Shown one piece after another: positions 57,493 through 64,000 of a stretch of DNA of 64,000 bases. The DNA is taken from positions 84,960 to 148,959 of the forward strand of contig NZ_JAUCBS010000006.1 of NCBI RefSeq assembly GCF_034676705.1. The letters run 5' to 3'. The number at the start of each line of letters is the position of its first letter. Positions within the stretch are counted from its first letter, which is position 1. The notes beneath the pieces were generated by a model that saw only the letters and a list, made by a program, of their open reading frames with translations, did not search any database and was not told where the DNA came from. The stretch is from Gemmobacter sp. GTDB lineage: Bacteria > Pseudomonadota > Alphaproteobacteria > Rhodobacterales > Rhodobacteraceae. The position numbers and the translations under genes are program-made.

Positions 57493-58476
57493 TCAGTTCG
57501 TCTTGCGCACGGCGTCGACAAAGGTCTTGATCAGCGGATCCTTGGCCAGCCAGGCCTCCATGACCGGCTGTTCCAGCGCCTGCATCGCCGGCAGGTCGGA
57601 CAGGGTGGCAATGGTCACGCCCTTGGCCTGCAACTGCTTGGCGATCTCGGCTTCCTGATCGCGGGCCAGGGCGTAGTGTTCGGCGATCACCTCGTGCCCG
57701 GCGGCGATGATGGCGGCTTTCACATCGGCCGGCAGCCGGTCGATGGTGGCGCTGCCCATCATCAGCACGCCCGGCCAGAAGTAATGCCCGGTCAGCGTCA
57801 CATGCTTGGCCGCCTCGTACAGGCTTTCGGCATAGGCCGACGACAGGTTGATTTCCACCGCGTCGATGGTGCCGGTTTCCAGCGCCGAGAACACCTCGCC
57901 ATAGGCAAGGCCGATGGGGCTGGCGCCGGTTGCGGTCCAGATCGCCTTGTGCAGCGGCGTGGGCACGATGCGGGTTTTCAGCCCGGCGAAATCGGCGACC
58001 GACTGCACGGGTTTGGTGCGCGACAGGAAATGACGCTGGCCCGCCTCGATATACCCCAGCCCGGTAATGCCCAGCGGCCCCAGCGAATCCAGCATCTTCT
58101 GCCCGACGTCCGAGGCCAGCACGGCCGCCATCCTGTCATAGCTGGGCACCAGGAACGGCAGTTGCAGCGCGTCGAAGGCGGGGGCGTTCAGGGTCAGCGG
58201 AATGGTCGGCACCGAAACCAGCGCCCCGTCGATGGTGCCCAGCTGCACGCCTTCCAGCAGCTGGCGGTCATCGCCCAGCTGGCGGTCGCCGAACACCTCG
58301 ATCTTGACCTTGCCGCCGGTCTTGGCGGCGACCTTTTCGGCAAACATCACCAGCCCGGTCTGGAACAGGTGGCTGGATGTGGCGGCATGGCCGAATTTCA
58401 ACGTGATGTCCTGCGCAAAGCCCACCGCCGGGCAAAGCGCGACCAAGGCGGCAAAAAGGCCGCTGCGCATGTTCAT
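57493..58476 (-). CDS. TRAP transporter substrate-binding protein (DctP), system 2
   Basis: GGAGGAG RBS. Has a signal peptide. Block is ITLKFGHAATSSHLFQ. Confidence 0.88.
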   Translation of the reverse strand: MNMRSGLFAALVALCPAVGFAQDITLKFGHAATSSHLFQTGLVMFAEKVAAKTGGKVKIEVFGDRQLGDDRQLLEGVQLGTIDGALVSVPTIPLTLNAPAFDALQLPFLVPSYDRMAAVLASDVGQKMLDSLGPLGITGLGYIEAGQRHFLSRTKPVQSVADFAGLKTRIVPTPLHKAIWTATGASPIGLAYGEVFSALETGTIDAVEINLSSAYAESLYEAAKHVTLTGHYFWPGVLMMGSATIDRLPADVKAAIIAAGHEVIAEHYALARDQEAEIAKQLQAKGVTIATLSDLPAMQALEQPVMEAWLAKDPLIKTFVDAVRKTN

Positions 58477-58500
58477 TGTTGTCTCCTCCCTATGTGTTTC

Positions 58501-58549
58501 TCTTATTGAAACATCATTACAGAATAAGATACATGTTGATTCGGATCAA
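58501..58549. promoter_or_regulatory. Two inverted repeats in the AT-rich TRAP/RTX divergent region (candidate IclR operator)
   Basis: TCTTATT (58501..58507) pairs with AATAAGA (58523..58529). TTGATTCGGATCAA (58536..58549) is a palindrome with 5-bp arms. Confidence 0.35.
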
Positions 58550-58737
58550 CCGGCTCTGTGGCATTTCGGCGCGGCAGGCGGGATCCGATTCCGCATATCC
58601 CTGCCCCTTCGGTCCTGCTGCGGCGGGGCAAGGCGCGGGCCTGTTCCCCACGGAACAGCGACAGGGGGCGATCCGGGGCAAAACGGGGTCAGACGGCCGC
58701 ACGAGGCCGCAGCAACCCCGAACCCCAGGAGACCGCC

Positions 58738-60585
58738 ATGACCAACGCCTTCCGCACCAACGGCACCGACAGCAACAACAGCATCGTCACCGACGGCACC
58801 ATCCAGGGCGCCATCACCAACGACATCATCACGGCCCTGGCCGGCAACGACACGATCTATGCCTATGGCGGCGATGATCAGGTGTTCGGCGGCCGCGGCA
58901 ACGATGTGATCTTCGATCTGGCCAACGGCTTTGGCAGCTCTGGCAACGACCGCATCTTCGGCGATCAGGGCAACGACACCATGCATGGCGGCCTGGGCGC
59001 CGACACCATCGACGGCGGCACCGAAACCGATCTGGTGACCTACCAGAATTCCACCGCCGCCGTGGATGTGAACCTGACCCGGGTCAGCCAGTTCGGCGGC
59101 CACGCCGCCGGCGACCGGCTGATCAGCGTCGAGGACGTGACCGGCAGCCGCTTTTCCGACCGGATCGTCGGCGATGCGGTGAACAACGTGATTTCGGGCG
59201 GCGACGGCAACGACTACCTCGACGGTGGCAGCGGCAACGACACGCTTTATGGTGGCGACCACAACGACGAGATGTATGGCGCCCTGGGCAACGACACGCT
59301 GTATGGCGGCGACGGGCGCGACGTGATGGCCGGGGGCACCCACAGCGACCTGCTGTTCGGCGGCAACGAGGCCGACGAGATGCGCGGCGACAGCCACAAT
59401 GACACGATCTATGGCGGCGCGGGCGATGATGTGCTGGATGGCGGCACCGAAAACGACGCCCTGTATGGCGGCACCGAAAACGACCGCATCATCGGCGGCA
59501 GCGGCAACGATACTCTGGATGGCAGCACCGGCAACGACACCCTGGATGGCGGCGCGCACGACGACCGGGTGTTCGGCGGCGCCGGCAACGACCTGGTGTT
59601 CTTCGGCAGCGGCACCGACACGCTGGACGGCGGCGCCGATACCGACACGCTGAGCTTTGCCAACATGCCCTCGCCGGGGCAGCTGTTCGGCGCGATCAAC
59701 GTGATCGACCTCGGCGTCGGCAGCTTTGGCACCACCGGCTTTGCCGGGTTCGAAAATGTCATCGGCCATGGCAACAACGACCGCATCATCGGCAGTGCCG
59801 GGGCCAACCTGCTGGACGGCCAGCGCGGCAACGACGATCTGCGCGGTCTGGCCGGCGCCGATACCCTGCATGGCGGCGACGGCAACGACACGCTGGATGG
59901 CGGCACGGAAAACGACCTGCTGTATGGCGGCGATGCCAATGACAGCCTGCTGGGCAATCTGGGCAACGATGTGCTGCATGGCGATGCCGGGAACGATACG
60001 CTGATCGGCGGCAGCAACAACGACACCCTGTATGGCGGGGCTGAAAATGACAGCCTGTTCGGCGACTTCGGCCTGGACCTGCTGCATGGCGGCAGCGGTG
60101 ACGATACGCTGAACGGCGGGGCCGAGAACGACGTGCTGCGGGGCGATGCGGGCAATGACCTGCTGATCGGCGGCACCGGCAACGACACCATCGGTGGCGG
60201 CACCGGCAGCGATACCATCGAAGGCGGCGCCGGGACCGACATTCTGACCGGCGATCTGGGGCTGGGCGTTGGCCAGGCTGCCGATGTCTTTGTCTTTCGC
60301 AGCACCTCGGATTCGGTCAATGCGCCGGGGTTCGAAGACCGCATCACCGACTTTCAGCGCGGGCTGGACAAGATCGACCTGTCGGGGATTGATGCGAATA
60401 CCTCGACCATTGCCGACAATGGCTTTGCGCTGGTCATCTCGGGCTTTGGTGCGGGGATTCTGCGCAGCTTCCAGTCCGGCGGCAACACCTTTGTCGAGGC
60501 GCATGTGAACAACGACGGCCTGGCCGATTTCGTCCTGCGGCTGGACGGCCTGCACAACCTGACGGCGGCGGATTTCATCCTCTGA
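58738..60585 (+). CDS. RTX-type calcium-binding repeat protein (haemolysin-type GGxGxD nonapeptides), probable type I secretion substrate
   Basis: ATG at 58738 lies within ORF 58558..60585 and follows AGGAGA. 615 aa with no signal peptide. By eye there are more than 30 GGxG(N/D)Dxx repeats. The last 90 or so aa are non-repeat. Confidence 0.88.
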   Translation: MTNAFRTNGTDSNNSIVTDGTIQGAITNDIITALAGNDTIYAYGGDDQVFGGRGNDVIFDLANGFGSSGNDRIFGDQGNDTMHGGLGADTIDGGTETDLVTYQNSTAAVDVNLTRVSQFGGHAAGDRLISVEDVTGSRFSDRIVGDAVNNVISGGDGNDYLDGGSGNDTLYGGDHNDEMYGALGNDTLYGGDGRDVMAGGTHSDLLFGGNEADEMRGDSHNDTIYGGAGDDVLDGGTENDALYGGTENDRIIGGSGNDTLDGSTGNDTLDGGAHDDRVFGGAGNDLVFFGSGTDTLDGGADTDTLSFANMPSPGQLFGAINVIDLGVGSFGTTGFAGFENVIGHGNNDRIIGSAGANLLDGQRGNDDLRGLAGADTLHGGDGNDTLDGGTENDLLYGGDANDSLLGNLGNDVLHGDAGNDTLIGGSNNDTLYGGAENDSLFGDFGLDLLHGGSGDDTLNGGAENDVLRGDAGNDLLIGGTGNDTIGGGTGSDTIEGGAGTDILTGDLGLGVGQAADVFVFRSTSDSVNAPGFEDRITDFQRGLDKIDLSGIDANTSTIADNGFALVISGFGAGILRSFQSGGNTFVEAHVNNDGLADFVLRLDGLHNLTAADFIL

Positions 60586-60614
60586 TCCCCTCGGGGGAAA
60601 TCCTGCCCGTCACG

Positions 60615-60648
60615 CCCCCGGCCGCTCCCCGGCCGGGGGATCGGCTTT
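60615..60648 (+). terminator. Probable intrinsic terminator after the RTX gene
   Basis: CCCCCGGCC-GCTCCCC-GGCCGGGGG followed by ATCGGCTTT. Confidence 0.45.
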
Positions 60649-60699
60649 GACAACCGCCCCCGCCTGCCGCACCATCGCCGCGCCCTTCAGGATGCGCCG

Positions 60700-61413
60700 A
60701 TGCCCCTCAGCCCCAAGCCCCCCGGACGCGGATTGTGGAAATCCTTCCGCATGTTCGCCCCCCTGCCGCCCGAGGTGCTGGATAGCATCGCCACCGCCGC
60801 CCGCGCGCATCGCTGGCGCGGCGGCGAAATGCTGTTCCAGCGCGGCGATACCGGCGACTGGCTGGTTGCGCTGACGGGGGGGCAGGTGCGGATCTCGGTT
60901 TCAACCCCCGGCGGGCGGGAACTGGTGCTGCGCCATGCCGAGGCAGGCGAGATGCTGGGCGAACTGGCGCTGTTCGATGCCGAACCCCGGTCGGCCGATG
61001 CCTTTGCGGTAGGCGAGGTGACGGGGCAGGTGCTGGACCGCGCCGCGTTTCGCGCCATCGCGGCCCGGCATCCTGCCCTGTATGATGCCGCGCTGGCCCA
61101 TGTCTGCGCCATGCTGCGTGGCACCACCGACCAGCTGGAGACCATCGCGCTCTATCAGCTTCAGGCCCGGGTGGCGCGGTTCTTTCTGCTGGCGCTGCGC
61201 CAGTTGCATGGCGATGACGTTCCGGCGGGCGCGGCGCTGGATCTGGCGATCAGCCAGGGAGAGCTGGCCGCGCTGACCGGCGCCAGCCGGCCCAAGGTGA
61301 ACCGCGTGCTGGCCGATCTGAAGGCAGCCGGCGCGCTGGATCAGGCCGGCACGATCTGGCGCTGCGATCCTGCGCTGTTGATGGGCTTTGCGGGGGATGA
61401 TGGCCCGGCGTAG
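60700..61413 (+). CDS. Crp/Fnr family cyclic-nucleotide-binding transcriptional regulator
   Basis: cNMP-binding blocks are MLFQRGDTGDWLVALTGGQVRI and EMLGELALFD. C-terminal HTH is SQGELAALTGASRPKVNRVLADL. An alternative start is at 60751. Confidence 0.85.
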   Translation: MPLSPKPPGRGLWKSFRMFAPLPPEVLDSIATAARAHRWRGGEMLFQRGDTGDWLVALTGGQVRISVSTPGGRELVLRHAEAGEMLGELALFDAEPRSADAFAVGEVTGQVLDRAAFRAIAARHPALYDAALAHVCAMLRGTTDQLETIALYQLQARVARFFLLALRQLHGDDVPAGAALDLAISQGELAALTGASRPKVNRVLADLKAAGALDQAGTIWRCDPALLMGFAGDDGPA

Positions 61414-63187
61414 GCGCGTTGCAGGGCTGGCGTTCGGGCTGGCGCTGGCAGGGGCGGTCCTGCTGGCGCTGGTGCCCGACGGGCTGGCGGTGTGGCGCGA
61501 ACCGGCGATGGATGGCTTCGCCCGCCAGACCCCGGCCCCGCAGGCCCCCGTTCTGGTGGTGGATATCGGCGCGGCAGACGATGCCGGCCAGCCATGGGAC
61601 CGGCGCGCCACCGCCCGCCTGGCCGCGCGTCTGGCGGCAGGTGGCCCGGCGGTGATCGGCTGGGACATGGTGTTTTCCGGCAGTTGCGCGCCCGATGGCC
61701 CGAACGCGGCACTGGCCGCCGGGTTTTCCCGTGCGCCCTCGGTGCTGGGGTTCCTGCTGTCGTCCTCGGGGCAAAGGCTGGAGGCACCGCCGCCCATGCT
61801 GGGCATCGCCGGCGACCCGCCTGCCCTGTGGCCCGCCCCGGGGGCCGAGGGGCCTTGCCCGATGTTTGCTGCCGCTGCCATCGGGTCGGTCGCGCTGATC
61901 GGGGATGATGGCGCGCGGGTGCGCAAGGTGCCGGTTGCGGTGCAGGTGGGCGGGCAGATCCGGCCATCGCTGCCGGTGGCGATGCTGTTGCCGGCGCACC
62001 GCGGCCTGCCGGTGCTGGCGCCCGGCCCCATCCTGCGGGTGGGCGAGGCCGCGTTTGCGCTGGACGACCGGGGGCAGATCCGGTTTCGCCCCTCGGCCCC
62101 CGAACGGGTGGCGGGGCGGACGGTGGCGGCGGCGGATGTGCTGGCCGGCAAGGTGGCGCCCGACCGCTTTGCAGGGGCGCTGGTGCTGGTCGGGTCGTCA
62201 TTGCCGCAGCGGGGGGGCCTGCGGGCGACGGCGGCGGGGCCGCTGACCCCATCGGTGCAGATCTGGGCCGATGCGCTGGAGGGGCTGGTGGCCGGCCGCC
62301 TGCCCGAACGCCCCCGCCATGCCACGATGGCCGAGGCCGGCGCGCTGGCCGCAGGCGGGGTGGTGCTGGCCGGGCTGATCCTGGCGCTGTCGCCCGCCGG
62401 GGCCTTTGCCGGGGCCATGGCGCTGGCCGGGTTGTGGCCGCTGGCCTGCCTGATCGCCGCCCGGACCCGGGGCCTGCTGCTGGATCCGGTCGGGCCGCCG
62501 GCGTTGCTGCTGCTGGCCGCGCTGGTGGCGTTGGTGCTGGGGGCAGCGGCGGCCAGCCGGGCCGAACGCGCCCTGCGCGGCCGGATGCGCCAGTTGCTGC
62601 CGGATGCTGTCGTCACCCGCATCGCCGACCGGCCCGACCTGCTGCGCCTGCGGGGCGAGGCGCGCGAAATCACTGCGCTGTTCACCGATCTGGAGGGGTT
62701 CACCGCCCTGACCAATCGGCTGCCGCCTACCGTGCTGATCGCGCTGCTGGACCGCTATTTCACCACCGTGTCGGCGGTGGTGCTGCGCCATGGCGGGATG
62801 ATCGACAAGATCGTCGGCGACGGCGTGCATGCGCTGTTCAACGCCCCGCTGGACCAGCCGGGCCACGCGCAGGCCGCCCTGGCCTGCGCCGCCGAGATCG
62901 TTGCGCAAACCGAGGCGCTGCGCCGCGACCTGCCCGATCTGGGCCGCACGCGCATTGGCGTGGAAACCGGCCCCGCCGTGCTGGGCGACGTGGGGTCGGC
63001 CGCCCGCATCGACTATACCGCCCATGGCCCGGCGGTGAACATGGCCGCGCGCCTTCAGGACGCGGCCAAGGCCCTTGGCCCCCCGGTGATCATCGGCCCC
63101 GGTACGGCAGCGGCCACCACGGGCACGCGCCCGCTGGGCCGGCACCCGATCCGGGGCTTTGGCCCGGTCGATCTGTTCACCCTGTGA
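61397..63187 (+). CDS. CHASE2 sensor domain / class III adenylate-guanylate cyclase
   Basis: ATG at 61397 lies within ORF 61388..63187 and overlaps the crp-like 3' end by 17 nt. Order of domains: N-terminal TM segment, periplasmic CHASE2-like region, three TM segments, then the cyclase domain (ITALFTDLEGFTALT...KIVGDGVHALF...HGPAVNMAARL). Confidence 0.85.
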   Translation: MMARRRRVAGLAFGLALAGAVLLALVPDGLAVWREPAMDGFARQTPAPQAPVLVVDIGAADDAGQPWDRRATARLAARLAAGGPAVIGWDMVFSGSCAPDGPNAALAAGFSRAPSVLGFLLSSSGQRLEAPPPMLGIAGDPPALWPAPGAEGPCPMFAAAAIGSVALIGDDGARVRKVPVAVQVGGQIRPSLPVAMLLPAHRGLPVLAPGPILRVGEAAFALDDRGQIRFRPSAPERVAGRTVAAADVLAGKVAPDRFAGALVLVGSSLPQRGGLRATAAGPLTPSVQIWADALEGLVAGRLPERPRHATMAEAGALAAGGVVLAGLILALSPAGAFAGAMALAGLWPLACLIAARTRGLLLDPVGPPALLLLAALVALVLGAAAASRAERALRGRMRQLLPDAVVTRIADRPDLLRLRGEAREITALFTDLEGFTALTNRLPPTVLIALLDRYFTTVSAVVLRHGGMIDKIVGDGVHALFNAPLDQPGHAQAALACAAEIVAQTEALRRDLPDLGRTRIGVETGPAVLGDVGSAARIDYTAHGPAVNMAARLQDAAKALGPPVIIGPGTAAATTGTRPLGRHPIRGFGPVDLFTL

Positions 63188-63568
63188 TCACTCGGCGTGA
63201 TAGACCTTGGCCACGATGCCCCATCTGCCGCCCGCCTTGGCCAGCGACAGATCGTTGACATAGGTCCGCGGCGGAAAGGCGTCGCGCACCCGGGCATGGG
63301 CGGTATCGGCAGAGGTCACGGTCAGCGCCAGCACCTCGGCCAGCTGCACGGCGCCACTGGCCGCAGGCGCCGCGCGGCCCCGGCAGCGTTCGATGTAGGG
63401 GCCGTAGTCGATGATGCTGACCTTGCCGTCGGCCACGGTGAACAGCCGCGCCTCGGGGTGAAAGGCGCCGGCGAACTGGTCGATCCGGCCATGATACAGC
63501 CCGTCGAAATAATCGGTCAGCACGGCGCGGATGGCCGTTTCCTCGGCCTTGGGGTCGAAATCCTGCAT
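63188..63568 (-). CDS. NTF2-like / SnoaL-like (putative lumazine-binding) family protein
   Basis: 126 aa. Blocks AIRAVLTDYFDGLYHG and GGRWGIVAKVY. GGAGGAG RBS. Confidence 0.6.
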   Translation of the reverse strand: MQDFDPKAEETAIRAVLTDYFDGLYHGRIDQFAGAFHPEARLFTVADGKVSIIDYGPYIERCRGRAAPAASGAVQLAEVLALTVTSADTAHARVRDAFPPRTYVNDLSLAKAGGRWGIVAKVYHAE

Positions 63569-63582
63569 GGTGTCTCCTCCGG

Positions 63583-64000
63583 TCAGGGGTTGGTCATGGC
63601 GGCGTCGGCCACCTTCAGCGCTTCGTCCAGCGTATCGAGGATCTGGCCGATCTCGGCATCCGACACGATCAGCGGCGGCGCCAGGAACAGCGAGGTCTGT
63701 TCGCCCGAGGTGCCGATGACCACGCCCATCTCCAGCGCTTTGGCCGACACCAGCGAGGCGATGGGCGCATCGGCGGTATCCGCGCGCCAGTCGCGCCAGT
63801 GGGGCCCGTGCAATTCCACCGTCCAGTGCATGCCGCGCCCGTCGATGCGCGCCACCGAAGGGTGCTTTTGCGCGATGGCCAGCATGCGGGTGCGGATCAT
63901 CTCGCCCAGTTGCGCCACGCGGGGCAGCAGGTTGTCGCGTTTCAGCACCCGCAGATAGGTGCGCACGCCAGCCATGGCCACCGGGTGGCCGCGATAGGTG
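63583..64000 (-). CDS. Class III (omega-type) aminotransferase, C-terminal part (5' end lies outside the window)
   Basis: The reading frame is open to the window edge. Sequence reads YRGHPVAMAGV...IDGRGMHWTVEL...LAPPLIVSDAEIGQILDTL. Confidence 0.75.
   Translation of the reverse strand, partial: TYRGHPVAMAGVRTYLRVLKRDNLLPRVAQLGEMIRTRMLAIAQKHPSVARIDGRGMHWTVELHGPHWRDWRADTADAPIASLVSAKALEMGVVIGTSGEQTSLFLAPPLIVSDAEIGQILDTLDEALKVADAAMTNP

Noticed and set aside
58675-58726. Possible c-di-GMP-I (GEMM) riboswitch in the RTX leader, suggested by GGGGCAAAAC words.
   Set aside because: The conserved GEMM-I core and tetraloop/receptor arrangement are not recognisable by eye. It is kept only as an unclassified structured leader in the findings.

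Overview
Very GC-rich DNA with alphaproteobacterial, Rhodobacterales-like gene content. It looks like accessory or catabolic territory, possibly a chromid or plasmid. I call about 58 protein genes, packed into tight operons that often share ATGA or 4-nt start/stop overlaps. I found no rRNA, tRNA, CRISPR array, IS element or transposase. There is one orphan serine recombinase, one clear TPP riboswitch, and a family of REP-like intergenic repeats.

Gene content, left to right:
- a TPP-enzyme / molybdopterin oxidoreductase / AhpD-like operon, then a thiolase and a DUF1612 protein
- a 7-gene ABC-GntR-Ldh2-BAAT-DUF1684 operon
- a 6-hydroxynicotinate-reductase-like / UPF0280 / DUF1185 x2 / enamidase-like cluster with marR-fdxA-fpr
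- an 11-kb operon: two NtaA/DszA-type monooxygenases, an amino-acid-type ABC importer, an MDR oxidoreductase, an isochorismatase-like hydrolase, and a NicA/NicB-like molybdenum hydroxylase whose large subunit is fused to a tri-haem cytochrome c
- panCB, a FecR-like protein and an FMN 2-hydroxyacid oxidase
- a haem uptake locus (TonB receptor and hmuSTUV)
- two TRAP transporters, one in an operon with IclR, hydantoinase/oxoprolinase A/B and a cupin
- a FAD monooxygenase
- a riboswitch-controlled ykoF-ABC thiamine-precursor salvage operon
- a 615-aa RTX repeat protein and a Crp-like regulator / CHASE2 cyclase pair

The main hunt result is a 20-bp imperfect palindrome, ATyGTTAG-N4-CArACrAw. It overlaps the predicted -10 region of three promoters: hnr, ena/marR and the 11-kb operon. 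This ties roughly 18 kb into one putative regulon. That regulon combines an anaerobe-type reductive N-heterocycle module (Hnr/enamidase) with an aerobe-type NicAB-like hydroxylase and several proteins of unknown function. All family assignments come from motif recognition by eye. No searches were run.
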